64,000 nucleotides of DNA from Gammaproteobacteria bacterium. Lineage in GTDB: Bacteria; Pseudomonadota; Gammaproteobacteria; DATFLL01. The position numbers and the translations under genes are program-made. A model generated the notes under the pieces. The model saw nothing but the letters and a program-made list of their open reading frames with translations, had not been told where the DNA came from and ran no database searches. Shown piece after piece: positions 38,236 through 47,808 of this stretch. The stretch is from the NCBI GenBank assembly GCA_035267785.1, contig DATFLL010000075.1, positions 41,579 through 105,578 on the forward strand. Direction: 5' to 3'. Each line of letters starts with the position of its first letter. Position 1 is the stretch's first letter.

Positions 38236-38619
38236 ATGAATGTGAGCGCAGCACAAGCCTTCCCGTCTACCCTGGGCGAGATGGAGATGCGTCTGAGTGG
38301 CGAGGCCCGGAGCAAGATGGCCGAGCTCATGGCACAGGCCGATGAGGAGGTCAGCGCCATTCGGGTGTTCGTCTCCGGCGGCGGCTGCAGCGGCATGACC
38401 TACGGTATGACCTATGCCACGGAGCAGGCGCCGCAGGACAGCGTGTTGGAGGGCGAAGGGTTTCGAATTCTGGTCGACCCGGTCGCGCTGAACTACCTGC
38501 AGGGCTGTGAGATCGATTTTCTCAGCGACGGTTTGAATGCAACCTTCGTGTTCAACAACGTCTTCCAGGCCGTGGGCGGCAGCGGCGGCTGTGCCGGCTG
38601 CGGCGGCGGCGGATTCTGA
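38236..38619 (+). CDS. HesB/IscA-family A-type iron-sulfur carrier protein with a Gly-rich C-terminal tail
   Basis: IRVFVSGGGCSGMTYGMTY ... FRILVDPVALNYLQGCEIDFLSDGLNATFVFNN ... GGCAGCGGGGF parallels IscA LRLGVRTSGCSGMAYVLEF...CGCGESF, with all three ligand Cys present. RBS AAAGGAG 8 nt before the ATG. Confidence 0.8.
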   Translation: MNVSAAQAFPSTLGEMEMRLSGEARSKMAELMAQADEEVSAIRVFVSGGGCSGMTYGMTYATEQAPQDSVLEGEGFRILVDPVALNYLQGCEIDFLSDGLNATFVFNNVFQAVGGSGGCAGCGGGGF

Positions 38620-38641
38620 GCACCGCTTGCCAGCGCCACGA

Positions 38642-39901
38642 ATGCCGTCTCGTCTGTTGGTCGTCGCTCCGCACGGCAGCTATCGTACCGCCCCCTTCAT
38701 CGATGCCGCCCGGCGCCTCGGCGCGCAGGTATTGATCGCCTCTGAGGGCCGCCATTCGGTGGTCAGTGCCTATGCGCAGGGGCTGCATATCCGCTTCGAC
38801 GACCCGGATGGGGCCCTGGCGACGATACTGGCCGAGGCCGAACGCGGCGGTCCGTTCGCCGGTGTCGTCGGCACTGACGACGCGAGCACCGAGCTGGCCG
38901 CACGCGTGGCCGGGCTCTTGGGTTTGCCGCACAACGACCCCACGGCCGTGCGTATCGCCCGACGCAAGGACCTGGCGCGGGGGCGTCTCGCCGAAGCCGG
39001 TGTGCCCGTGCCGGCGCATCGGTGCATATCGCTGGCGGCGGGCGCCGCGGACCCGGCCGAGCAGGTCGCCGGACTGGGCTATCCGGTGGTGGTCAAGCCG
39101 CTGGCGCTGTCGGCCAGCCGCGGCGTCATCCGCGCCGACGACCCGGCACAGCTGCGCGAGGCCTGCCTGCGCGTCGGGCGGCTGCTGCACAGCGAACAGG
39201 GGCTCGAGGCCGAGGCCCGCGATCGGGTCCTGGTCGAGCGCTTCGTGCCCGGCGCCGAGGTCGCCGTGGAGGGAATGCTCCGCGGCGGCGAGCTCGAGGT
39301 GTTGGCCGTGTTCGACAAGCCGGACCCGCTCGAGGGGCCATACTTCGAGGAGACCTATTACATTGCGCCCTCGCGCCTGGGGGCGGACCGCCAGCACCAG
39401 CTGGCCGAAACCGTCGCCGCGGCTTGTCGCGCGTACGGCCTGCGCGAGGGGCCCATCCATGCCGAGTGCCGTCTTAATGAAGAGGGCGTGTGGATATTGG
39501 AGGTCGCCGCGCGCACCATCGGCGGCCTGTGCTCGCGCCTGCTGCGCGTGGGGACGGGGCACGGGCTGGAGGAGTTGGTGCTCGCCCACGCCATGGGCGA
39601 GCCGTTGGCGCACGCGCCCGATGATGGAGCGGCCGGGGTCTTGATGATTCCCATCCCGCAGGCCGGGCTGCTCAAGCGCGTCGAAGGCCTGCTGGAGGCC
39701 CAACGCGTGCCGTACGTGGAGGACATCCAGATCCAGATCCGCGAGGGCAACGAGGTCGTGCCGCTGCCCGAGGGGGCGAGCTATCTCGGCTTCATTTTCG
39801 CCCGTGCGCCCAGCCCCGCCGAGGCCGAACAGGCGCTGCGCCGCGCGCATGCCTGTCTGCGCATCGTGGTCGCGCCCCTGTGGCGGATCCAGGTCGCCTG
39901 A
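38642..39901 (+). CDS. ATP-grasp domain protein (carboxylate-amine ligase superfamily), substrate unknown
   Basis: N-terminal pre-ATP-grasp LLVVAPHGSYRTAPFIDAARRLGAQVLIA. Central GLGYPVVVKPLALSASRGV. C-terminal VLVERFVPGAEVAVEGMLRGGELEVLAVFDK. Starts 22 nt after the iscA-like stop. Confidence 0.75.
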   Translation: MPSRLLVVAPHGSYRTAPFIDAARRLGAQVLIASEGRHSVVSAYAQGLHIRFDDPDGALATILAEAERGGPFAGVVGTDDASTELAARVAGLLGLPHNDPTAVRIARRKDLARGRLAEAGVPVPAHRCISLAAGAADPAEQVAGLGYPVVVKPLALSASRGVIRADDPAQLREACLRVGRLLHSEQGLEAEARDRVLVERFVPGAEVAVEGMLRGGELEVLAVFDKPDPLEGPYFEETYYIAPSRLGADRQHQLAETVAAACRAYGLREGPIHAECRLNEEGVWILEVAARTIGGLCSRLLRVGTGHGLEELVLAHAMGEPLAHAPDDGAAGVLMIPIPQAGLLKRVEGLLEAQRVPYVEDIQIQIREGNEVVPLPEGASYLGFIFARAPSPAEAEQALRRAHACLRIVVAPLWRIQVA

Positions 39902-39954
39902 GCGCCGCGCGACCACCGAATCTTTACACCGAACCGAATTCCAGGAGCATCACC

Positions 39955-41028
39955 ATGGCCGAACAACGCGCCGCACCGCAAGAATATCAACTGGTCGAGA
40001 CCGGATTGCAGGAGCGTCTGTCCGACGGCACGACCCGCTGTCACCTCTGCTTGTGGCGCTGTCGCCTGCGCCACGGTCAACGCGGTTTTTGCCAGGCCCA
40101 CGTCAATCGCAACGGTACGCTGTACAACCTCTCCTACGGCATCATCTCGGCCATCGACGTCGATCCGATCGAGTCCAAGCCCGTGCGCCTGTACCGCCCG
40201 GGCACGCAGGTGATGTCCATCGGCAGCTACGGATGTAACTTCCGCTGCGGCGGCTGCCACAACCTGGAGATCTCCTGGGGCACCGAGGCGCTGGATGCGC
40301 TGGCCCGAGGCGAGTCGACCGCGGCCTATGTCACGCCCGAGGCCATGGTCGCCGCCGCCGTACGCCACGGGGTCGAGGGCATCGCGTTTACCTATTCGGA
40401 ACCGGCCGTGTGGCTCGAATACGTCGAGGACGTCTCGCGTCTGGCGCACGAGGCCGGACTCTACACGGTGTATGTCTCCAACAGCTTCGTGACCGACGAG
40501 GCCCTGGAGCGCATCGCACCCCATACCGATGTCTTGTGCTCGGATATCAAGAGCCTGGACGATGCGTTCTATCGCGATATCTGCGGTCTGGCCAGCGTCG
40601 AGCAGGTGCTCGGTTCCATCGAACGCGCCGCGCGCCTCGGCGTGCACGTCGAGACACGCACCAACATCATCCCCGGGCGCAACGACGACCCCGACATGTT
40701 TCGCGGGATTGCCGAATGGATTCGCGATCACCTCGGCGCCGACAGCCCCTGGCACATCACCAAGTTCTTTCCGGCCTATCGCCTGGAGCATCTGCCTCAG
40801 ACGCCGAGCGAGACGCTGTGGCGTGCCCATGACGCGGCGCGCGCGGCGGGGCTTCGCAACGTCTACGTCTATGACGACAAGGGCTGCGACTGCGCCGAGG
40901 AGAACCTGCCCGTCGACGCCTATCTCGACGACGACCCCACCGCACTGCACGCGGTCAAGAAGTGCGCCGCCTCCTGCTGCGGTTCCGAGGGTATTCTGCT
41001 CAAGAAATACGAACGCGCCGCTGACTGA
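39955..41028 (+). CDS. Radical SAM enzyme of the AmmeMemoRadiSam / PFL-activating-enzyme-like family
   Basis: N-terminal Cys box RCHLCLWRCRLRHGQRGFC (CxLC..CxL..G..GFC pattern characteristic of this family). Radical SAM motif GSYGCNFRCGGCHN (CX3CX2C). RBS AGGAG. Confidence 0.85.
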   Translation: MAEQRAAPQEYQLVETGLQERLSDGTTRCHLCLWRCRLRHGQRGFCQAHVNRNGTLYNLSYGIISAIDVDPIESKPVRLYRPGTQVMSIGSYGCNFRCGGCHNLEISWGTEALDALARGESTAAYVTPEAMVAAAVRHGVEGIAFTYSEPAVWLEYVEDVSRLAHEAGLYTVYVSNSFVTDEALERIAPHTDVLCSDIKSLDDAFYRDICGLASVEQVLGSIERAARLGVHVETRTNIIPGRNDDPDMFRGIAEWIRDHLGADSPWHITKFFPAYRLEHLPQTPSETLWRAHDAARAAGLRNVYVYDDKGCDCAEENLPVDAYLDDDPTALHAVKKCAASCCGSEGILLKKYERAAD

Positions 41029-41135
41029 CGGCGGTGGCCGATCGGCGCGCCGTGTTCGGTGCGCGACGTATGCAAACAGCCACGGCGCCGCGGCCCCGTC
41101 GGCATGCCGCGCGCCTCAACCCCAAGGAGGACGTC

Positions 41136-41651
41136 ATGCGAAATACCAGAGGCCTTACGACCTTCTCCGCGGTCCTGCTGCCCCTGATCCTGGTGTTTGC
41201 CGCCGGGGCGGCGCGGGCGGACGATGTGCCCGCCGTGCCGCTGGACAAGGCGGTGATCAAGATGCGCCTGCACAAGGGCGTGACCATGGACGATGCGATT
41301 TCCTCGATGAAGCTGCGCGCCAACATGCTCAACATGAAGCTGGTGGCCCATCTGCCCCTGTCCAAGCAGATCGAGGCGATGGGCAAGAAGGCCCGGCGCA
41401 TGGAGGTGTTCCAGTTCTGCAACCCCCTCATCGCCCAACAGATGGTCGAGTCGAACATCGACTTCGCGGCCTACCTGCCTTGCCGCATCGCACTGGTCGA
41501 AGACGAACACGGCCAGGGCTGGCTGGTGATGACCAACCTGAACATGATTATCCGCGGCGGACACCTCGAACCGAAGCTCAAGGCCAAGGCCGAGCGGGTG
41601 CGCGATGCGCTGATGAAGATCATGAAGGCCGGCGCGGGCGGCGAATTGTAA
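41136..41651 (+). CDS. Secreted DUF302-domain protein
   Basis: Signal peptide MRNTRGLTTFSAVLLPLILVFAAGAARA. DUF302-like core FQFCNPLIAQQMVESNIDFAAYLPCRIALVED. RBS AAGGAGG. Confidence 0.7.
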   Translation: MRNTRGLTTFSAVLLPLILVFAAGAARADDVPAVPLDKAVIKMRLHKGVTMDDAISSMKLRANMLNMKLVAHLPLSKQIEAMGKKARRMEVFQFCNPLIAQQMVESNIDFAAYLPCRIALVEDEHGQGWLVMTNLNMIIRGGHLEPKLKAKAERVRDALMKIMKAGAGGEL

Positions 41652-41672
41652 CGGCTGCGCTGCGCGCGGACT

Positions 41673-43130
41673 TCAGGACGAGCAGCTGACCTGGATACGC
41701 CCGGCCCATTCCGGTGGTTCGGCGGCATAGTCTTCCATGTCCGGGCGCTCGGCGAAGGGATCGGCGAGCAGGTCGAGCAGCCGGTCGACCTCGGCGAACT
41801 CGCCGCGCTCGGCCTCGACGATCGCCTGCTGGGCGAGATAGTTGCGCAGGATATATTTCGGATTGGTGCGCCGCATGCGCTCGGCGCGTTCGCCGGGCTC
41901 GCCGCCCTCGGTCGCAAGGCGTGCCCGATAGCGGTCGGCCCACGCGTCGAAGGCCTCGCGGTCGTCGAACATCTCGCGCGGGCTGTCGCCGTCGATATCG
42001 AATCGGCACAGGCAGCGGAACAGGCGGGTGTAGTCGACTCGATCCTTACCCATCAGCTCGAGCAGGTCCGTGACCAGCGGGACCACCTCCCGGTCGTGCT
42101 CGCGCAGACCGAGCTTGGCGCGCATGAGATCCAGATAACGGGTGACGAAGGCGGACTCGTACAGGTCCAGCGCTTCGCGCGCGGCGTCGACCTCGATCAG
42201 GGGTGTCAGTGCCTGGGCCAGGCAGGTGAGGTTCCACAGCCCGATCTGGGGCTGCTGGCCGAAGGCGTAGCGGCCGGTGTGGTCGCTGTGGTTGCAGATG
42301 AAGTCGCTGTCGTAGGCGTCGAGAAAGCCGAACGGCCCGTAGTCGATGGTCAGGCCGAGGATGGACATATTGTCGGTGTTCATCACCCCGTGTGCGAACC
42401 CGACGGACTGCCAGTGCGCGATGAGGCGCGCCGTGTCGAGCACGGCTCTGCGCAACAGCTGCAGGTACTTGTCCGGGGCATCGGCGAGATCGGGGAAGTG
42501 TTCGTCGATGACATAATCGGCCAGGCGGCGCAGTGACTCGTGCTGGTCGCGGTAGAAGAAGACCTCGAAGTGACCGAAACGCACGTGCGAGGGCGCCAGG
42601 CGCGCCAGCAGCGCGCCCGTCTCTTCGGTCTCGCGGAAGACCGGCGCTTCGGTACCGATGACGCACAGGGCGCGGGTGGTGGGGATGCCCAGCCCGTGCA
42701 TGGCCTCGCTGCACAGGTATTCGCGGATGCTCGAGCGCAGCACGGCACGCCCGTCGCCGCCGCGCGAGTAGGGCGTCGGTCCGCTGCCTTTGAGTTGAAT
42801 GTCCCATTTCTCGCCGTGCGTGTTGCGCACCTCGCCGAGCAGGATCGCGCGCCCGTCCCCGAGCTGAGGCACGTAGACACCGAACTGGTGCCCGGCATAG
42901 AGCATGGCCAGGGGTTCGCTGCCGGGCAGGGCCTTCCGGCCGGTGAGGTAGTCGATGAATTCCGGGCGCTCCGCCTCGCCGGGGTCGAGGTCGAGCAGGG
43001 CCGCGGCCCGCGGATTGAAGCTGACCACGTGATGGTCGGCATCGAACGGCTGCGGGGCGACGCGCGAATAGTGTGCCTCGGGCAGCCGGGCGAAACTGTT
43101 GTCGAAGCGTAGTTGTTCCAGACTCGGCAT
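41673..43130 (-). CDS. selO: Protein adenylyltransferase SelO (YdiU/UPF0061)
   Basis: LEQLRFDNSFARLP ... YAGHQFGVYVPQLGDGRAILLGEV ... GSGPTPYSRGGDGRAVLRSSIREYLCSEAMHGLGIPTTRAL ... HGVMNTDNMSILGLTIDYGPFGFLD. Confidence 0.9.
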   Translation of the reverse strand: MPSLEQLRFDNSFARLPEAHYSRVAPQPFDADHHVVSFNPRAAALLDLDPGEAERPEFIDYLTGRKALPGSEPLAMLYAGHQFGVYVPQLGDGRAILLGEVRNTHGEKWDIQLKGSGPTPYSRGGDGRAVLRSSIREYLCSEAMHGLGIPTTRALCVIGTEAPVFRETEETGALLARLAPSHVRFGHFEVFFYRDQHESLRRLADYVIDEHFPDLADAPDKYLQLLRRAVLDTARLIAHWQSVGFAHGVMNTDNMSILGLTIDYGPFGFLDAYDSDFICNHSDHTGRYAFGQQPQIGLWNLTCLAQALTPLIEVDAAREALDLYESAFVTRYLDLMRAKLGLREHDREVVPLVTDLLELMGKDRVDYTRLFRCLCRFDIDGDSPREMFDDREAFDAWADRYRARLATEGGEPGERAERMRRTNPKYILRNYLAQQAIVEAERGEFAEVDRLLDLLADPFAERPDMEDYAAEPPEWAGRIQVSCSS

Positions 43131-43230
43131 CGTTGTCTCGGCAGCGGTTATCGATGGCATCGATTGGCGGCCATGATAACGTGTCTGGCGTTGGATATAG
43201 TCGCGGAGTTTATATGGACATCATCAGCGA

Positions 43231-43776
43231 ATGCCTGCACCTGTGTTGGGCGCACGGCCGGGCGGCGGCGAGCGGCGTCGGGGGCGGGTCTTGAATCTCA
43301 GCCGCTGGGGGCGTCGGCTGGGTTTCCTGTCCGAGCGCCGGCGCCTGGAATTGTTTCCGCCGTTTTGGTTGATGCGCGTCAAGGTACTGGAGATCGCCGA
43401 GGACGGGCGGCGCATGCGCCTGCGTCTGCCGCTCAATGCCGCCTCGCGCAATATGGGCGGGGCCATGTTCGGCGGTTATCAGGCCGCGCTGGCCGATCCC
43501 ATCCCCGCCCTGGCCTGCGCACGCGTGTTTCCGGGCTATTCGATCTGGACCCGTGCCCTGCGGCTTGACTTTCGCCGCGAGGGGACCTCGGACCTGGAGC
43601 TGCGCTTTGAATTTCCCGTCGAACTGGAGACCCGCGTTCGGGAGGAGCTGAGCACGCGCGGGCGCAGCACGCCGCATTTCGAGCTGGGTTTCTACCGCGA
43701 CGATGGCGTCCTGTGCACACTCGTGCATAATACCGTCGCCATCCGCCCGCGCGGATACCGCGCCGGCGGGGGCTGA
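43231..43776 (+). CDS. Hotdog-fold thioesterase-like protein (DUF4442/YiiD C-domain-like); start uncertain
   Basis: NMGGAMFGGYQAALADPIPALACARVF ... TRALRLDFRREGTSDLELRFEFP is PaaI/DUF4442-like. Possible starts are 43231 (ATG) or 43372 (ATG, MRVKVLEIAEDG). Confidence 0.55.
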   Translation: MPAPVLGARPGGGERRRGRVLNLSRWGRRLGFLSERRRLELFPPFWLMRVKVLEIAEDGRRMRLRLPLNAASRNMGGAMFGGYQAALADPIPALACARVFPGYSIWTRALRLDFRREGTSDLELRFEFPVELETRVREELSTRGRSTPHFELGFYRDDGVLCTLVHNTVAIRPRGYRAGGG

Positions 43777-43828
43777 GCGACTGGGGCGAGATCGCGGCGA
43801 AGCCGAAGCAATCACATATCGGAGAACA

Positions 43829-44653
43829 ATGAGTACATCCTCGGACAACGATGCCGCCCTGCCAGAGCTCGAGGAGCTCGGTTCGCTCGTAGCAGCGATT
43901 GCCGCCGAGGAGCTGATGCCGCGCTTTGCCCGGGCCGAACGCAGCTTCAAGGCCGACGGGAGCATCGTGACCGAGGCCGACGTCGCAATGCAGCGCCGCC
44001 TCACGGCGGCGCTGTCCGAGCGTTGGCCGGCCTACCGCGTCCTGGGCGAGGAGATGGACGCCGAGGCACAGGCCGCGTTGCTCGAGGAACCGGGCGCCGG
44101 CCTGTGGTGTCTGGACCCGCTGGATGGGACCAGCAATTTTGCGGCGGGTTTGCCTTTTTTTGCCGTGTCGCTTGCGCTGGTGCGTGACGGCGAGCCGGTG
44201 CTGGGTCTGGTCTACGACCCGGTGCGCCGGGAATGCTTCACGGCGCGGCGCGGTCGGGGCGCCCGGCTCAATGGCGTGCCGCTGGGCGAGCGTGTGCCGC
44301 AGCTGGATCTGTCGCGGTGCATTGCGGCGGTGGACTTCAAACGCCTGCCGGCCGAACTGGCCGCGCGCCTGGCGGCGCAGCCGCCGTACAGCTCCCAGCG
44401 CAGCTTCGGTTCGGTCGCGCTCGACTGGTGTTGGCTGGCGGCCGGGCGTTATCACGTGTATCTGCATGGCCGCCAGCGGCTGTGGGACTTCGCTGCGGGA
44501 TGGCTGATACTGGGCGAGGCCGGGGGCCATTCGCGGACACTGGCGGGCGAGACGGTGTTTCGTGCGGCGACGGGGGCGCGCTCGGCGCTGGCGGCCCTGA
44601 GCGAGTCGCTGTTCGAGCAATGGCGCACATGGCTCTCGCGCGACAGTGCATAG
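43829..44653 (+). CDS. Inositol monophosphatase family protein (SuhB/CysQ-like)
   Basis: VLGEEMDAEAQ...WCLDPLDGTSNFAAGLPFFAVSLALV ... WDFAAGWLILGEAGG match IMPase family motifs A/B/C. RBS GGAGA. Confidence 0.8.
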   Translation: MSTSSDNDAALPELEELGSLVAAIAAEELMPRFARAERSFKADGSIVTEADVAMQRRLTAALSERWPAYRVLGEEMDAEAQAALLEEPGAGLWCLDPLDGTSNFAAGLPFFAVSLALVRDGEPVLGLVYDPVRRECFTARRGRGARLNGVPLGERVPQLDLSRCIAAVDFKRLPAELAARLAAQPPYSSQRSFGSVALDWCWLAAGRYHVYLHGRQRLWDFAAGWLILGEAGGHSRTLAGETVFRAATGARSALAALSESLFEQWRTWLSRDSA

Positions 44654-44707
44654 CGCCGGCATCTTGCCGCCGCGGCGCTGGCGCGCGGTCGGTCTGTGAA
44701 GGGAGAC

Positions 44708-45496
44708 GTGAGTTTGGCCAATGAGATTCACCCCACGGCGCTCGTGGCGCCGGGCGCGCGACTCGGCGAGGGTAACCGGATAGGTCCCTTTGCCATCGTC
44801 GAGGACGATGTCGAGCTGGGCGACGGCAACGCGGTCCTGGCCCACGCGGTGCTCAAGGCGGGCTGTCGCATCGGCAATGCCAACCGCATTCACGAGCACG
44901 CGGTGATCGGCGGCCTGCCGCAGGATGTCTCCTTCGAGGACCGGTGGACCTTCGTGACCATCGGCGATCGCAACGTGCTGCGCGAGGGCGTCACCGTGCA
45001 CCGCGCCACCCGTGAAGAGGGCAGCACGCGCCTGGGCAACGACAATTTTCTGATGGTGAACGTGCACCTGGGCCATGACTGCCAGTTCGGCGACCGTATC
45101 ATCGTCGCGACCGGCTCGGGATTCGGCGGTCACGTATCGGTGGCCGATCGTGCCTTTGTGTCGGGTGGGGTCATGGTGCACCAGCACGCCCGGATCGGCC
45201 GGTTCGCCATGATCGGCGGCAACACCAAGCTTACCCAGGACGCCCTGCCGTTTATGATCACCGACGGGGTGCCGGGTACGGTGCGCGGGCTCAACGCGGT
45301 AGGGCTCAAGCGCGGCGGTTTTGCCGCTGCCGACCTGCGCGCGCTCAAGCAGGCCTACCGGACCCTGTTTCGGGCCGGCGGCTCTCTGGAGGGGCACCTC
45401 GCAGAGCTCGCCGCCAGCGAGCATCCCCTGGTCGCAGAGCTGGCCGCCTTCATCGGCGCGTCCAAGCGGGGATTTCACCGCGATCGGGAGCTGTGA
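44708..45496 (+). CDS. lpxA: Acyl-[ACP]--UDP-N-acetylglucosamine O-acyltransferase
   Basis: ANEIHPTALVAPGARLGEGNRIGPFAIV ... hexapeptide repeats ... GLKRGGF (compare E. coli LpxA SAFVHPTAIVEEGASIG...GLKRRGF). Start is ambiguous: GTG 44708 or TTG 44714 after AAGGGAGA. Confidence 0.8.
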   Translation: MSLANEIHPTALVAPGARLGEGNRIGPFAIVEDDVELGDGNAVLAHAVLKAGCRIGNANRIHEHAVIGGLPQDVSFEDRWTFVTIGDRNVLREGVTVHRATREEGSTRLGNDNFLMVNVHLGHDCQFGDRIIVATGSGFGGHVSVADRAFVSGGVMVHQHARIGRFAMIGGNTKLTQDALPFMITDGVPGTVRGLNAVGLKRGGFAAADLRALKQAYRTLFRAGGSLEGHLAELAASEHPLVAELAAFIGASKRGFHRDREL

Positions 45497-45505
45497 GCGG
45501 TTAAG

Positions 45506-45524
45506 TGCAAATTAATTGTTTGCA
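45506..45524. promoter_or_regulatory. Palindrome TGCAAA-N7-TTTGCA in the fabA upstream region (candidate fatty-acid regulator operator)
   Basis: tgcaaattaattgtttgca lies about 200 nt upstream of fabA. A second palindrome GGGCACgtctGTGCCC sits at about 45648-45663. Confidence 0.25.
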
Positions 45525-45730
45525 TCCGACGGACAAAATGCGGTCTAATTTGCCCTTGACTGTCGGTGGCACCCCTCGAATCCGCTGAGATTACAGCACC
45601 TTAAACGCGCAGAGCATCCAAGAGCCTGTTAGAATTTTCGACCCAACAGGGCACGTCTGTGCCCGGTCTGCGGCCTGTACGCCGCGGGTGCCGGCTGGCC
45701 CACGGTTCCGATACTAATTGACTGATATCT

Positions 45731-46246
45731 ATGACCAAAAAGAACAGTTTCGGGTACGACGAATTGTTGCAGTGCGGGCGGGGCGAGCTGTTCGGGCCCG
45801 GCAATGCGCAGCTGCCCCTGCCGCCGATGTTGATGTTCGATCGCATCACCCACATCTCGGACGAAGGGGGCAAGTACGGCAAGGGTGAGATTATCGCCGA
45901 GCTCGACATCAAGCCCGACCTCTGGTTTTTCGATTGCCACTTCCAGGGTGATCCCGTGATGCCGGGCTGTCTGGGGCTCGACGCCATGTGGCAGCTGGTC
46001 GGGTTCTTTCTCGGCTGGATGGGCGGGCCGGGCCACGGACGTGCGCTGGGTTCGGGCGAAGTCAAATTCACCGGTCAGGTAACGCCCAAGATCAAACTCG
46101 TGACCTACAAGGTGGATATCAAGCGCGTTATCATGCGCAAACTCTTCATGGGCATCGCCGAGGCCAGCCTCACCGCCGATGGGAGGGAAATCTATACGGC
46201 GAGCGACCTTCGGGTAGGATTGTTTACGTCGACCGAGAACTTCTAG
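45731..46246 (+). CDS. fabA: 3-hydroxydecanoyl-[ACP] dehydratase/isomerase
   Basis: [34 protein letters not shown] is the FabA active-site signature. Confidence 0.95.
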   Translation: MTKKNSFGYDELLQCGRGELFGPGNAQLPLPPMLMFDRITHISDEGGKYGKGEIIAELDIKPDLWFFDCHFQGDPVMPGCLGLDAMWQLVGFFLGWMGGPGHGRALGSGEVKFTGQVTPKIKLVTYKVDIKRVIMRKLFMGIAEASLTADGREIYTASDLRVGLFTSTENF

Positions 46247-46254
46247 GGGGATTC

Positions 46255-47472
46255 GTGAGACGCGTTGTGATTACCGGACTGGGTATCGTCTCCAGCATCG
46301 GCAACAACCGGCAGGAAGTCATCGATGGCCTGCGCCAGGGGCGCTCGGGCATCGAGTTCCAACAGGAATACGCCGACCTGGGCTTTCGCTCCCATGTGGC
46401 CGGCCCCATCGGCTTGAACCCGGATGAGCTGATCGACCGCAAGATCCGCCGCTTCATGGGTGACGGCGCCGCGTTCAACTATATCGCCATGCAGCAGGCG
46501 ATCGACGACGCCGGTCTGGAGGAGACCGAGGTCTCCAACCCTCGCACGGGCCTCATCATGGGTTCGGGCGGCGCCTCGACCGAAAACCAGCTCCTGGCCA
46601 CCGATACCCTGCGCAGCAAGGGGATCCGGCGCGTCGGTCCGTATATGGTCCCTCGGACCATGTCCAGCACCAACTCCGCGTGTCTGGCGACCCCGTTCAA
46701 GATCAAGGGCGTGAATTACTCGATCAGCTCGGCCTGTTCGACCAGCGCCCATTGCATCGGCAACGCGGCCGAGCTCATCCAGTTCGGCAAGCAGGACATG
46801 GTGTTCGCCGGCGGCGGCGAGGAAGTGCACTGGACACTGTCGCTGCTGTTCGACGCCATGGGCGCGCTGTCCTCCAAGTACAACGATCGGCCTCAGTCCG
46901 CCTCACGGGCCTACGATGTCGATCGCGACGGTTTTGTGATCTCCGGCGGGGGTGGCGTGCTGGTGCTCGAGGAGCTCGAACATGCGAAGGCGCGCGGGGC
47001 CAAGATACATGCCGAGCTCGTCGGCTACGGCGCTACCTCAGACGGCTACGACATGGTGCAGCCCTCCGGCGAGGGTGCCGTGCGCTGCATGCAGCAGGCG
47101 CTGGAGAACGTCGAAGGCCCTATCGACTACATCAATGCCCACGGCACCAGCACACCGGTGGGCGACGTGCGCGAGCTGCAGGCCGTGCGCGAGGTCTTCG
47201 GCGACTCCGTGCCGCCGATCAGCTCCACCAAGTCCCTGACGGGCCATGCCCTGGGCGCCGCGGGTGTCAATGAGGCGATTTACTCGCTGTTGATGATGGA
47301 GCAGGGGTTCATTGCCGCCTCTGCCAATATCGAAAATCTCGACCCCGAGGCCGAAGGCTATCCCATCGCGCGCGAGCGCCAAGACGGCGTGACCCTGGAG
47401 CGAGTCATGTCGAACAGTTTCGGTTTCGGCGGCACCAACGCCTGCCTCGTCTTCCAGCGCTACCACGACTGA
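46255..47472 (+). CDS. fabB: 3-oxoacyl-[ACP] synthase I
   Basis: GTG start [18 protein letters not shown] (E. coli [18 protein letters not shown]). [34 protein letters not shown]. 9 nt after the fabA stop. Confidence 0.95.
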   Translation: MRRVVITGLGIVSSIGNNRQEVIDGLRQGRSGIEFQQEYADLGFRSHVAGPIGLNPDELIDRKIRRFMGDGAAFNYIAMQQAIDDAGLEETEVSNPRTGLIMGSGGASTENQLLATDTLRSKGIRRVGPYMVPRTMSSTNSACLATPFKIKGVNYSISSACSTSAHCIGNAAELIQFGKQDMVFAGGGEEVHWTLSLLFDAMGALSSKYNDRPQSASRAYDVDRDGFVISGGGGVLVLEELEHAKARGAKIHAELVGYGATSDGYDMVQPSGEGAVRCMQQALENVEGPIDYINAHGTSTPVGDVRELQAVREVFGDSVPPISSTKSLTGHALGAAGVNEAIYSLLMMEQGFIAASANIENLDPEAEGYPIARERQDGVTLERVMSNSFGFGGTNACLVFQRYHD

Positions 47473-47808
47473 CGATCGCGCCCGGTCAAGAGCGGGCGTC
47501 CGCTTGCCTGCAGGTGCAGGGGCCGCCGGGGTCCATTGGGCCGCATGCATCGAGCGGGCGTAGGTGTCGTGTTCCTCTCCCATCGAATCCGGTATCCGGC
47601 TTGAGATTCTCGATCGAGCGGCGGTGCGAGAAGGTCGACGGATTTTGCGACACCGATCGTTTCCATGTATCACACCGAACGCCCGCTGCAAAGGGCGGTG
47701 GTGCGATTGCGCGACGGTGATATCGAATCGCGGCGCCGGCGCTTTCGCGCGAAGGCTCTTTCGCTATACTTTGGATCGGGGAGAGTTATTCGTCCGAGGA
47801 GGTCCCAC

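Noticed and set aside
38236-38619. Considered whether the Gly/Cys-rich C-terminal tail made this a RiPP precursor for the ATP-grasp/rSAM pair
   Set aside because: The whole 127 aa aligns colinearly with A-type Fe-S carriers (GCSG... and terminal C-x(1-2)-C ligands). I therefore call it an IscA-like carrier. The cassette remains of interest.
43433-45478. 681-aa minus-strand ORF across the DUF4442, IMPase and lpxA genes
   Set aside because: Antisense to three plus-strand genes with recognisable motifs. No motifs of its own.
45540-45600. TCGAATCC-containing stretch resembling a tRNA T-loop
   Set aside because: No flanking GGTTCG, acceptor stem or CCA-compatible structure. No tRNA or rRNA genes are evident anywhere in the window.
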